DNA of 64,000 nt from Candidatus Nealsonbacteria bacterium (lineage in GTDB: Bacteria > Patescibacteriota > Minisyncoccia > Minisyncoccales > MHMH01), in contig JACPGX010000005.1 in the NCBI GenBank assembly GCA_016188865.1, forward strand, positions 9,188 to 73,187, given 5' to 3'. Positions 12,301 through 20,901 of the stretch are shown here, one piece after another (position 1 is the first letter of the stretch; each line of letters starts with the position of its first letter). The position numbers and the translations under genes are program-made. A model generated the notes under the pieces. The model was not told where the DNA came from and searched no databases. It saw nothing but the letters and a program-made list of their open reading frames with translations.

Positions 12301-12886
12301 TAGTTTTGGATTTTCAGGCGATAATCCCCAAGAAATAACTTGGAAAAAAATCAATGTGCCGTATTTTATTGACAGCCACGTAATCATTTCTTCCGGTTAC
12401 AAGCTTATAGTTAATCCGGGAGTGGAAGTCAGATTAAAAAACAATGGCCGAGTAGACGTTGACGGTACACTGGAAGCCATTGGCACAGCTCAGGACAAAA
12501 TAGTCTTTACCGGCGCCAGCCAAATTGCCGGCTCATGGAAGTACATTAAATTTTCTGCTTCCAGCGCCAGTTCTACTTTAGAAAATGTTACAGTCAGCTA
12601 CGGCGGCTATTGGGATGAGTGGGGCGGAGCCAGGTACGGCGCAGTGAAGATTGATGGCTTAAGCCTTTCCATAAAAGATTCCACTTTTGAAAATAATCGC
12701 ACAGGCATTGAATTCATCAACGGTAATTTGGCTAGCCAAAGCCAAAATATATCAGTCAAGAATAATGGGGTTGGCGTTTACGTGTCAGCCGGCAATTGTC
12801 CAAGTTTATCAGCTATTACTTTTGGCAGTGGTAATAACGCCAACACCACCTATAATGTCTTTCCCGAGAATTGCGGACCGCAGTAA
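9335..12886 (+). CDS. Large surface protein: signal/TM, two lamin-tail domains, right-handed beta-helix repeats
   Basis: Two INE(V/I)AW.G...EW(I/L)EL.N modules ending (A/G)TP; PY...IEPGV.V...GTL.A.GT...I.FT...W repeats. Confidence 0.85.
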   Translation: MVNGNFSTEFLNKKLGTFLAVITIFVITVLFTGNSVFAAKMKISEQEVERIKTALGFVSTVSNIGSIILDGGNLTTILNTAISGGRTATDATYGLLVLSAINEMEFMDLVLSQEYKDIAINYFTKVLDERTNLRSYWKGVGFDMPRVVAGTINSPIGALTLNTFEMTDKVISILTAFNNLQTGIRYDGLWYYFDFRRGGDSHEEAWALVEEQMGWAAKPNPFMPQKLTKNNYPQLEQQFAALWYKYGPHVTSQGLSQKYKEQVKSDLRQTLATAIEENTRVQPVYVKEVSAWDKLLAQLEKIKNNLIKLTSRIWYFAAGPIVKLEKNIVNTDATSKVDEETSDIEAPEINVPEFILESTEIADNGLPQAPQAEEAEKIMDIGYPLTHPLIVEVEPPSVVVQPSLPELQLCERGLAGAARQYRALINEVAWMGDKESTSNEWIELKNIFGLPLNLQGWQMQDKDQQIKKNFSAEDIIPVNGYILLQRTKDYSGALNNTDEALYLFDNNCQLEDEVLANFDWPAGNNVEKKPMQRYDGLYWYTQEATPGAENLAPLSPIYSSGATPASTPAPQPSAPSNLPSFTVLINEIAWSGTKANSADEWLELYNTTNSTIDLVGWTLKAADDAPSLTFSTSSIPAKGYFLLERTDDTTVNDISADFIYTGALGNDGEKLELRDAGGNLIDFIDNSSGWAAGQASPNYISMERVNSSTWAGNNRISRNGLDADGNQINGTPRAENSVSKSSTQIPSNFTITEDLTLTYLGSPYLVEGSFFVSGAKLTIEPGVTVKFKHVGSNNQNALLKVEDGTLEAVGTASQKITFTSSITQPAAGDWDGLYLKNSNSTINNAVINYGGKLHQPCCYEWTPYTFGAVYIDGGNAQIINSLIEKSGTFGLWLKNSTTTQIASSEFKDNQGADYNGKAAAVLIENSNPTIKDSIFSGNTVGILAENYSSPAVRDNQFIQNTTPIQITSLLTDISGNTFQNNNIDGVLVASFGFSGDNPQEITWKKINVPYFIDSHVIISSGYKLIVNPGVEVRLKNNGRVDVDGTLEAIGTAQDKIVFTGASQIAGSWKYIKFSASSASSTLENVTVSYGGYWDEWGGARYGAVKIDGLSLSIKDSTFENNRTGIEFINGNLASQSQNISVKNNGVGVYVSAGNCPSLSAITFGSGNNANTTYNVFPENCGPQ
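10467..10540. repeat. Palindromic repeats inside the surface-protein linker
   Basis: TAATGGATATC-G-GATATCCATTA (10467-10489); GAGGTT-G-AACCTC (10508-10520) with inverted partner GGTTCAACCT (10531-10540). Confidence 0.7.
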
Positions 12887-12905
12887 AATTTGATATTATT
12901 TTAGT

Positions 12906-13292
12906 ATGAACAATAATAAAATAATCAGTTTAGTTTTACGAATAGCGGTTGCCGGTGAATTTTTGGGGCATGGCGTTTTCGCGCTCCAAGGCAAGAAAGC
13001 GTGGGTTGAGTGGTTTTCTATTTTTGGCATTTCAGACCCAGGTGTGGCAACAAAGCTGTTATTCTTGCTCGGCATTCTTGATATAGCACTTGCCGCGCTG
13101 GTTTTGATTAAGCCTATTCGTATAGCGCTCCTTTGGATGGCTTTTTGGGGATTCTGGACAGCTCTGTTGCGTCCGATTGTTGGCGAGCCGATCTGGGACT
13201 TTGTTGAGCGCTGGGCAAATTGGGGCGCTCCCTTGGCTTTATTGCTGATAATTGGCTGGCCCAAGAACTGGAAAGAGTGGCTTTCGGGATAA
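12906..13292 (+). CDS. DoxX-like membrane protein
   Basis: LVLRIAVAGEFLGHG; multiple TM segments; ERWANWGAPLAL. Confidence 0.65.
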   Translation: MNNNKIISLVLRIAVAGEFLGHGVFALQGKKAWVEWFSIFGISDPGVATKLLFLLGILDIALAALVLIKPIRIALLWMAFWGFWTALLRPIVGEPIWDFVERWANWGAPLALLLIIGWPKNWKEWLSG

Positions 13293-13293
13293 T

Positions 13294-14247
13294 ATGGATT
13301 ATAAAGACAAAAAAATTATAGTCCTTGGCGCAGGATTTGCCGGATTTCAATGCGCTAAATTTTTAAATAGGTTTTTTCCCGGGCAAATTACCTTGATCGA
13401 TAAAAACGATTATCACCTTTATACGCCGCTTCTTTACGAATTAGACGAAGGGAAAGTAAAATTGCCCATTAAAACATCAGCTAAATTTATCCAGAAAGAA
13501 GTCAGTGATTTTCATGAATTGGATTATGATTATTTGGTTTTAGCCACTGGAGCCGAAGTAAACTATTACAATATCCCCGGGTTAAAAGAAAGCGCCATAA
13601 CCTTTAAAAATTTAGAAGATATTAAAAAATTACAGAAAGTTCCAGCTGGTGAAATTTTAATTATCGGTGGAGGATTTACCGGCTGCGAGCTGGCTATGGA
13701 GTTGGCTATAAAATTGACGGGTGAACGATTAAAAATTGTTGATGCCAGTACTTGCATTTTGCCTAATTTGGACGAAGAATTAAGAAAAAAAGCCGAAAGA
13801 CGATTAAGAAAGTGGGGAGTTGAAATTTTCTGCGGCTATAAATTAACGAAAGTAGAAAATCAGCAAGTTTTTTTTGAAAACGGAAAAGTTTTTAAGTTTG
13901 ATAATTTGGTTTGGACGGGCGGGGTAAGGCTGGGGCGGCATAAAGTTGATGAATTTTTAAGGGTGAAAGAAGAAAAAAATGTTTTTGCCATCGGCGATTG
14001 CGCTTCAACTAGCCCGGGGCTTATCAGGCCGGCTCTTAATCAGGCAAAAATTGCGGCAGAAAACATCAAAAGAAGCATTGAAGGAAAAGCGCTGGCAGCT
14101 TATAAGCCGAAAGTTTGGGCCGTAGTTGTTCCTCTTGGCGGATATTATGCTGTAGCTAAAATTGGTAAGATAAAAATAGCTGGATTTATCGCATGGTTTA
14201 TTAAAGAAATAATTAATTTTTGGTATACAAAAAATTATAGTCGTTAG
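13294..14247 (+). CDS. FAD-dependent pyridine nucleotide-disulfide oxidoreductase (NDH-2-like)
   Basis: GAGFAG, YTPLLYE, LATG, GGGFTGCELA, FAIGDCA; start moved to ATG 13294. Confidence 0.85.
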   Translation: MDYKDKKIIVLGAGFAGFQCAKFLNRFFPGQITLIDKNDYHLYTPLLYELDEGKVKLPIKTSAKFIQKEVSDFHELDYDYLVLATGAEVNYYNIPGLKESAITFKNLEDIKKLQKVPAGEILIIGGGFTGCELAMELAIKLTGERLKIVDASTCILPNLDEELRKKAERRLRKWGVEIFCGYKLTKVENQQVFFENGKVFKFDNLVWTGGVRLGRHKVDEFLRVKEEKNVFAIGDCASTSPGLIRPALNQAKIAAENIKRSIEGKALAAYKPKVWAVVVPLGGYYAVAKIGKIKIAGFIAWFIKEIINFWYTKNYSR

Positions 14248-14250
14248 ATT

Positions 14251-15981
14251 ATGTTAGGCTCTTCCATTGAAGAAATAAAAAATCGGCTGGATATCGTCGA
14301 AGTCATAGGTTCTTATATTAAATTAAGCAAGGCCGGAATCAATTTTCGCGCCCCCTGCCCTTTTCATTCAGAAAAAAAGCCTTCTTTTTTCGTTTCTCCT
14401 GTCCGTCAAATCTGGCATTGTTTTGGATGCAATTCCGGCGGAGACATTTTTAAGTTTGTGATGCAAATTGAAGGCGTGGAATTCGGCGATGCCCTGCGTC
14501 TTTTGGCTCAAAAGGCCGGCGTGGAACTAAAAAAACAATCTCCGGAATATGTTCAGTGGAAGAGCAATAGAGAAAGACTTTACGAAATTTGCGAGCTGGC
14601 TTGCCGTTTTTTTGAAAAACAACTGGAAGAAGGAACCACGGGAAAAGAAGCCAAGCAGTATCTTTTGGGTAGGGGCATAACGGAGGAAAGCCTTAAGAAA
14701 TGGCGGGTGGGCTATGCCCCTGATGTTTGGCAGGGCTTGTCTGATTTTCTGAGTTCCAGAGGGTACAAGAAAGAAGAAATTGAGAAAGCAGGGCTTGCCC
14801 TGAGCTCGTCGAAGGGTTCTTTTTACGATAGGTTTCGGAGCAGAATTATTTTCCCGATTTTTGATTTAAACTCTCAAGTGGTCGGCTTTGGCGGCAGAAT
14901 TTTTAAGTCTGACGATCCGGCTAAGTATGTTAATTCTCCCAGCACTTTGCTTTATGATAAAAGCAGAATTCTTTATGGTTTGAATAAAGCCAAGGTAGAA
15001 ATTAGAAAGAAAAATTACTGTATTTTAGTAGAAGGCTACGTGGATTTGATTTTAGTTTCACAGGCAGGTTCAGAAAACGTAGTTGCTACTTCCGGCACAG
15101 CTCTTACTCCTTACCAATTGCAGATTATTAAAAGATATTCCGATAATTTATATACTGCTTTTGATATGGACGTGGGAGGAGATTCAGCTACCAAAAGAGG
15201 CATAGATTTGGCTCAAGCTCAGGGCTTTAACGTTAAAGTAATCACCATGCCCGAAGGCAAAGATCCGGCAGATGTTATTTCTCAAAATCCTCAAGACTGG
15301 GAGGGATTGGTGAAATCAGTTAAATCAATACTGGAATTTTATTTTGAAACAACTTTTTCCAGGTTTTCCAGCGGCACTGCTGATGGCAAGAGAGAGATAT
15401 CAAAAATTCTTTTGCCCGTAATTAAAAGAATACCCAACAAAATTGAGCAATCGCACTGGCTGCAGGAATTGTCCAAAAAAATAAGCATAAGAGAAGATGT
15501 AATTACAGAAGAGCTCAAAAAAATAAACATTACAAATTTGCCAAATAATTTTATAATAGAAGATATGGAAAGCAAAGTTCCGGTTTCAGTAAAAACCAGA
15601 AAAGAATTATTGGAAGAAAGAATTGCTTCTTTAGCCATAAAATCTCCTCAGGACTCCTTATGCCTTATTACCGAAGATTGCACCCCCTTCTTTGGACAGA
15701 AAATTCAAACGGTCTTAGCCGATTTAAAAAATAAAATTTTGCCTCAGGACCAGGAATTTTTTAATTATTTGTCCTTGAAGGCCGAAGTTGAGGAAGAGGG
15801 GATTGACTGCGAAAAAGAGATTAAGACCTGCTTAAGGGAAATAAGTAATTTGGATACGAGAAAGCAGCTAGACGGACTATCTCAAGATATTAAAAAAGCC
15901 GAAGACGAGAAAGACCCTGCCAGAGTTTCCAGTTTAATACAAAAATTTAAAGAGTTAACAAGTAAATTAGTAAATATATGA
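14251..15981 (+). CDS. dnaG: DNA primase
   Basis: [11 protein letters not shown] zinc finger, FGGR, KYVNSP, TOPRIM EGYVD and FDMD. Confidence 0.97.
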   Translation: MLGSSIEEIKNRLDIVEVIGSYIKLSKAGINFRAPCPFHSEKKPSFFVSPVRQIWHCFGCNSGGDIFKFVMQIEGVEFGDALRLLAQKAGVELKKQSPEYVQWKSNRERLYEICELACRFFEKQLEEGTTGKEAKQYLLGRGITEESLKKWRVGYAPDVWQGLSDFLSSRGYKKEEIEKAGLALSSSKGSFYDRFRSRIIFPIFDLNSQVVGFGGRIFKSDDPAKYVNSPSTLLYDKSRILYGLNKAKVEIRKKNYCILVEGYVDLILVSQAGSENVVATSGTALTPYQLQIIKRYSDNLYTAFDMDVGGDSATKRGIDLAQAQGFNVKVITMPEGKDPADVISQNPQDWEGLVKSVKSILEFYFETTFSRFSSGTADGKREISKILLPVIKRIPNKIEQSHWLQELSKKISIREDVITEELKKINITNLPNNFIIEDMESKVPVSVKTRKELLEERIASLAIKSPQDSLCLITEDCTPFFGQKIQTVLADLKNKILPQDQEFFNYLSLKAEVEEEGIDCEKEIKTCLREISNLDTRKQLDGLSQDIKKAEDEKDPARVSSLIQKFKELTSKLVNI

Positions 15982-17189
15982 AGAAGAAAAAGACCCGTCG
16001 AAAGCTAAAGCATTCAGGCGGGCGGAGAAAACACGTTAAGGGGCCAAAGAAGCGGATAATCAGGCGAGCAAAGAAACCCGCCAAAAGGCCGCGAATGCGG
16101 CCAATTAGGCGGGCAGGGGAAAAAATTGGAAAAATAGTGACGCCGGAAAAAATTCAGGAATTGATAGATAAAGCCAAAAATAGGGGATTTATCACCTACT
16201 CTGAAATTTTGTATTTATTTCCGGAAATAGAAAAAGACATAAAAGGCCTGGAACTTCTTTACGACGAGCTGGAAAAAAGAGGAATTGAAGTTAAGGAAAC
16301 CAGGGAATTTTTAGAAGTCGGCCCTAAAACTAAAGAACCGTTTGGCGGAGGAGCAGAAACTGTTTTAGATCCTGTTCAAATATACTTAAAAGAAATTGGA
16401 ACCGTTTCCTTTTTAACAGCAGATGAGGAAAAAGAATTGGCAAAGCGCATTGAAAAAGGCGATGACGAGGCGAAAAATAAATTGATGAGAGCCAATTTAA
16501 GATTGGTTGTTTCTATTGCCAAAAAATATATTGGCAGGTCTCCGAATTTAACTTTGCTTGATTTAATTCAGGAGGGGAATATCGGCTTAAGAAGAGCGGT
16601 TGAAAAATTCGATTGGAGAAGGGGTTATAAGTTTTCCACTTACGCCACTTGGTGGATAAGACAGGCAATTACCAGAGCCCTTGCTGATCAAGCCAGAACC
16701 ATAAGGATTCCAGTGCACATGGTTGAAACTATCTCTAAATATACTCAAGTTAGGCGTCGTCTTTTGCAGGATTTGGGCAGAGAACCATTAGCCGAAGAAA
16801 TTGCCGCTGAAATGGGCATTGATGTAGATAAAGTCCATCATATTCAGAAAATTTCCCAAGAGACAGTTTCCTTGGAAACTCCGGTTGGCGAAGGAGAGGA
16901 AGATTCTGTTTTGGCTGAGTTTATTGAAGATGAAAAAATTATCACTCCGTCTCAAGAAGCGGCAAGAACTTTACTGCGCGAAAGATTGTCGGAAATTTTG
17001 GTTGATTTAGCTCCCAGAGAGCAAAAAATTCTGGCAATGCGTTTTGGTTTGGAAGACGGCGTCACTCATACCCTTGAAGAGGTGGGCAAGGAATTTGGCG
17101 TCACTCGTGAAAGAATTCGCCAAATTGAAGCTAAGGCTCTTGATCGCATTCGCGACCACGCCGCTTTAAAAAAGTTGAAAGGATATTAG
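15978..17189 (+). CDS. rpoD: RNA polymerase primary sigma factor with basic N-terminal extension
   Basis: [41 protein letters not shown]. Confidence 0.97.
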   Translation: MKKKKTRRKLKHSGGRRKHVKGPKKRIIRRAKKPAKRPRMRPIRRAGEKIGKIVTPEKIQELIDKAKNRGFITYSEILYLFPEIEKDIKGLELLYDELEKRGIEVKETREFLEVGPKTKEPFGGGAETVLDPVQIYLKEIGTVSFLTADEEKELAKRIEKGDDEAKNKLMRANLRLVVSIAKKYIGRSPNLTLLDLIQEGNIGLRRAVEKFDWRRGYKFSTYATWWIRQAITRALADQARTIRIPVHMVETISKYTQVRRRLLQDLGREPLAEEIAAEMGIDVDKVHHIQKISQETVSLETPVGEGEEDSVLAEFIEDEKIITPSQEAARTLLRERLSEILVDLAPREQKILAMRFGLEDGVTHTLEEVGKEFGVTRERIRQIEAKALDRIRDHAALKKLKGY

Positions 17190-17304
17190 GGTTATACAGG
17201 GCCTTGAAAATAACCGTAAACAATGTTAATTTACATAGGAAAATAATGGGATGGATTGAAGGAGTCTTTAAGCAAAGTTAAAATAATTATTTTCGCCGTT
17301 GCGC

Positions 17305-17571
17305 TCCGCGGTGGCGCAATGGTAGCGCGGCTCGCTGTAGTAAATGCAGCTCCCTAAGGAAACTTAAGGATGAAATTTCTGGGATAACGGTGGAACCCTT
17401 ATGGGGTAATACCGTGGGAACCCCCTCCTCCAGAGGAGGGGGGCACCGTAGAGACTAGATACCAGAACACCTAAAACAGAAACGTTATGGTGAAGATATA
17501 GTCCACTCCTAAAAGTAATTTTAGGGCATAGTGTAACGAGAAGGTTGCAGGTTCGAATCCTGCCCGCGGAG
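17305..17571 (+). tRNA. tRNA-Asn(GTT), intron-containing (exons 17305-17338 and 17534-17571)
   Basis: Joined exons give acceptor TCCGCGG/CCGCGGA, anticodon arm CTCG-CT GT^T AA-CGAG, T-arm GCAGG-TTCGAAT-CCTGC, discriminator G. Confidence 0.92.
17339..17533 (+). ncRNA. Group I self-splicing intron (195 nt, no ORF)
   Basis: P1 GCUGU/GCAGC with U.G at the 5' splice site; R element CGTAGAGACTA 17447-17457; S element AAGATATAGTCC 17493-17504; P3 TTCTGG/CCAGAA; GNRA-capped P2 and P9; terminal G. Confidence 0.92.
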
Positions 17572-17584
17572 CGCAACGGCGAAA

Positions 17585-17609
17585 GAGCCGCCCGAATGGG
17601 CGGCTTTTT
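17585..17609 (+). terminator. Terminator after tRNA-Asn
   Basis: agccgccc-gaat-gggcggct followed by TTTT. Confidence 0.85.
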
Positions 17610-17691
17610 AGTCCTTGCCCTTGCCCCACCCGCCCGTGCGCGGGCAACAGATTTACTCCCATTGCCTCAAAGTTATCCACAGTTGACGCCC

Positions 17692-17720
17692 TTGTCTGTT
17701 CTATAAATGTTCTATATAAT
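17692..17720 (+). promoter_or_regulatory. lexA promoter with candidate LexA operator
   Basis: TTGTCT-N17-TATAAT; the spacer holds GTTC-N7-GTTC (17698-17712); ATG is 8 nt after the -10 box (leaderless-like). Confidence 0.65.
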
Positions 17721-17728
17721 ATAATAAT

Positions 17729-19180
17729 ATGCTTACCAAAAGACAAAAACAGATTTTTGAATACGTAAAAAAATATATTGAAAAAAAGGATTACGCCCCT
17801 TCTTTTGAAGACATAAGAAAGCATTTTAGATTAGCTTCGAGATCTACCGTTCATCACCACATAGAGGCCTTAGAAGAGAAAGGATATTTAAATAAATTTG
17901 GCAGCCGAGCCCGTGCTATAGAAATTATAAAAAATAAAGGATCTTCATTTTTGGTTAATGTTCCGCTACTTGGAACAATAGCCGCGGGTCAACCGATAGA
18001 GGCGATTGAAAATAAAGAAATAATTGCGGTGCCGAAAGATAAGATTCATTATTCGGAAGAAGTCTATGCTTTAAGGGTGGCCGGCAATAGTATGATTGAC
18101 GAAAATATTAATAATGGAGATATTATTCTGGTGAGACACCAAGAAACTGCCGAAAATGGGCAAAAAATTGTTGCTTTGATAGATAATCACGAGGCGACAC
18201 TTAAAAAATATTATCGAGAGGGAGGGCATATCCGTTTACAGCCGGCCAACAAGAGCATGGAACCGATTATTCTTCGAAATGGTCGTGATATTTCCATACA
18301 AGGAGTAGTTCTCGACGTTATCAGGGGTCTTGGCACGTTTCCTTCCGAAAATGTTTTACCGGATGAGTTAATAAAACAAGTAAAATCTAAAAATAGTGCT
18401 CCATATTTTAAAATGAATAACCTTGAAATATATAAAGAGGATATTCTTAAAATTAGTTCAATCCCCGATAATTCAGTTGATCTGATTGTTACTTCGCCGC
18501 CCTACAACGTAGATATTCATTACAATTCCCATGCAGATAATTTAACTTACGATGATTATCTAGAATTTACCAGAAAGTGGATTAAAAAGTGTTTTGATTT
18601 AGCAAAAAGTGAGGGACGATTTTTGCTGAATATCCCACTTGATAAAAATAAGGGTGGCCAAAAATCAGTTGGGGCAGATATTACTAAAATTGCAAAAGAT
18701 ATTGGCTGGAAATATCACTCAACAATTGTCTGGAATGAAGGAAATATATCTCGCCGCACCGCTTGGGGTTCGTTTATGTCCGCTTCCGCCCCATATGTTA
18801 TTGCTCCGGTGGAATTGATTTTAGTTTTATACAAAGATAGTTGGAAAAAAACAGGCGGCAGTAGGAAAAACGATATCACAAAGCAAGAGTTTATGGACTG
18901 GACTAATGGAGTTTGGACTTTCAATGGCCAAAGCAAAAAGGGGGCAGGTGGCCACCCCGCGCCATTTCCGATTGAGTTGCCAAGGAGATGTATCAAATTA
19001 TTCAGTTTCATTGGCGACACGGTTCTAGACCCATTTTTGGGCAGCGGTTCAACATTAATCGCTTCTTACCTGCACGATAGAAAAGGGATTGGCGTTGACA
19101 TTGATGAAAAGTATTGTAAGATTGCTATAGAGCGGTTGCAACAGGAAGGTAAAATAAATCAAAAAAGTTTATTAAAATAA
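17729..19180 (+). CDS. lexA: LexA repressor fused to a beta-class N4/N6 DNA methyltransferase
   Basis: aa 1-~200: LTKRQ winged HTH, IAAG cleavage site, GNSM serine, ATLKK lysine; C-terminal half: TSPPY, HPAPFP, DPFLGSGST in the same frame. Confidence 0.92.
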   Translation: MLTKRQKQIFEYVKKYIEKKDYAPSFEDIRKHFRLASRSTVHHHIEALEEKGYLNKFGSRARAIEIIKNKGSSFLVNVPLLGTIAAGQPIEAIENKEIIAVPKDKIHYSEEVYALRVAGNSMIDENINNGDIILVRHQETAENGQKIVALIDNHEATLKKYYREGGHIRLQPANKSMEPIILRNGRDISIQGVVLDVIRGLGTFPSENVLPDELIKQVKSKNSAPYFKMNNLEIYKEDILKISSIPDNSVDLIVTSPPYNVDIHYNSHADNLTYDDYLEFTRKWIKKCFDLAKSEGRFLLNIPLDKNKGGQKSVGADITKIAKDIGWKYHSTIVWNEGNISRRTAWGSFMSASAPYVIAPVELILVLYKDSWKKTGGSRKNDITKQEFMDWTNGVWTFNGQSKKGAGGHPAPFPIELPRRCIKLFSFIGDTVLDPFLGSGSTLIASYLHDRKGIGVDIDEKYCKIAIERLQQEGKINQKSLLK

Positions 19181-19184
19181 CGCC

Positions 19185-19784
19185 ATGAAAAAGGATAAAA
19201 GAAAAAATAATCACGTTCAAAAAGACCTCATTATTGAGTTCTTTAAGAAGAATCCAAGCCGAGACATAAAACATCCCGAAGTCGTTGATTGGGTAGTGGC
19301 GACCTACAAAAAGAGAACGGGAAATGTTTTTCGCGATCCCGACAGGTCAATTCGTCAATTGGCACAAAGTGGATTTTTAATAAAAATCGCTAAAGGAATT
19401 TATAAATATGATCCTCAAAAGGCCCATAAAAGAGAGTTGGAGGATTTTACCGCTGCGCAAAAAGAAGTAATTCTTAAAAGAGACGGCTATAAATGTGTTA
19501 TTTGTGGTAGAGGTAAAAAAGACGGCGTTGATTTACATATTGACCATATAAAGCCAAAAGATTTTGGCGGCGAGGCCACAATTGAAAACGGCCAAACATT
19601 ATGTTCACAGCATAATTTTATCAAAAAGAATTTAAAGCAAACCGAGACCGGGAAAAAGATGTTTATCCGTCTCTACGAATTAGCAAAGAGTGAGGGAAAC
19701 GATGAATTAAAAAAGTTTTGCGCCGATATTCTGGAAACCTATGAGAAATATAATATAAATGGCCATATTATATGGAAAAGGTAG
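19185..19784 (+). CDS. HNH endonuclease, probable cognate restriction enzyme
   Basis: RDGYKCVICG...LHIDHIKP...GG...NGQTLCSQHN; starts 4 nt after the MTase stop. Confidence 0.85.
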   Translation: MKKDKRKNNHVQKDLIIEFFKKNPSRDIKHPEVVDWVVATYKKRTGNVFRDPDRSIRQLAQSGFLIKIAKGIYKYDPQKAHKRELEDFTAAQKEVILKRDGYKCVICGRGKKDGVDLHIDHIKPKDFGGEATIENGQTLCSQHNFIKKNLKQTETGKKMFIRLYELAKSEGNDELKKFCADILETYEKYNINGHIIWKR

Positions 19785-19813
19785 GGTAATTATTAAAGGC
19801 TTGATTTATAAAT

Positions 19814-19990
19814 ATGATAACTCAACTTCATCCATATCAAGTAAAGGACCTGGAAAAGGCCTACGAAGATATCGAGAAATTAAGAAAAAATACGCAAGGC
19901 ATAAAAGTTGCTACTTGGGTAACGGCAATTTCCACATTAACTATAGCAATTGCTGGTATTGCAACCCTAATAATCCAAACATTAAAATAG
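19814..19990 (+). CDS. Small 58-aa protein with coiled coil and C-terminal TM (absent from the ORF track)
   Basis: MITQLHPYQVKDLEKAYEDIEKLRKNTQGIKVATWVTAISTLTIAIAGIATLIIQTLK*. Confidence 0.55.
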   Translation: MITQLHPYQVKDLEKAYEDIEKLRKNTQGIKVATWVTAISTLTIAIAGIATLIIQTLK

Positions 19991-20055
19991 TCTTAATATC
20001 GTCTATTATTTAAATTGGGAAATGCCTAAAATTTTTCTACACCATTTTATATTCT

Positions 20056-20901
20056 ATGCGTTTGAATCCGATCGAAAAAGTAGAAAAAAATCAGTATATC
20101 CGGCTTATAGCGGTAATTGCCGTTGTTCTGGGAGCATTCATTACTATAGTAACTTTTTTTGGTAATATACAGGAGTATCTATACGATAACGTATTTACAT
20201 CGAAAAACATCAGCGACAAAATGAATAGCTTGTCGGCAGGGCAGAGTATAAATTTTTTTAAGCAAGAACTTGGTGCCGAAAAGCTTCAGAGGACAGTTTC
20301 AGAAAAATATACCGAGTACATTTTTCAATACAAGTCATCTTTTATTCAGGCCCTAGTTAATAAAGAAAATAATGAAGTTATATACTGGGCTATAACATAT
20401 TGTGGAAGCAATCCCGTAGTTATTATAAGAAAGGTTTTTTCGACGGCACAATTGTATACTGGGGAAAAAGATTTCTTTGGACGAGAAAGGTACGACTATG
20501 TTTTTGGTAAAAATATTCGGCTCAATGAATCAAGCTTTATTGATATATTCCAAAACGAGAAGGGTGATTTTAAATATTTTGTGTCTGGTGCAACCGCTAA
20601 TTCATTTGCTTATGAATCATTATACGTGGGCAACCCAGGCGCCTATCAGACACTTATAATAGGAGTAAACGACATATGTTCCTCGATAGAGGATTTATAT
20701 AAATATTTGAGCGTTATGAATAATTCGTCTCAAGAGCAAATACAAGAATTTAGGAGGGTGGGTAGGGTTAACACTTATGGCGAAACTGCACCTTTCGCTG
20801 GAGATGAAGTATTACAACTTCTAAATTCTCAACATAGTATAGGTGATCCTTATATAACTTTTGGCGTTGATAGGATTAAGGTCCGTTATTTTAATGATTA
20901 G
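20056..20901 (+). CDS. Membrane-anchored hypothetical protein (possibly ETEC_3214-like)
   Basis: N-terminal TM segment, 281 aa; family assignment from recollection only. Confidence 0.65.
   Translation: MRLNPIEKVEKNQYIRLIAVIAVVLGAFITIVTFFGNIQEYLYDNVFTSKNISDKMNSLSAGQSINFFKQELGAEKLQRTVSEKYTEYIFQYKSSFIQALVNKENNEVIYWAITYCGSNPVVIIRKVFSTAQLYTGEKDFFGRERYDYVFGKNIRLNESSFIDIFQNEKGDFKYFVSGATANSFAYESLYVGNPGAYQTLIIGVNDICSSIEDLYKYLSVMNNSSQEQIQEFRRVGRVNTYGETAPFAGDEVLQLLNSQHSIGDPYITFGVDRIKVRYFND

Noticed and set aside
17673..17681. Perfect DnaA box TTATCCACA as a sign of oriC
   Set aside because: Only a single copy was seen, with no box cluster or dnaA/dnaN nearby.
17364..17824. Minus-strand ORFs 17364-17576 and 17471-17824
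   Set aside because: They are antisense to the tRNA/intron and the lexA start; there is no homing-endonuclease motif and the intron is too short to encode one.
19759..20013. 84-aa ORF from the track
   Set aside because: It overlaps the HNH gene end and has implausible composition; the 19814-19990 frame is more protein-like.
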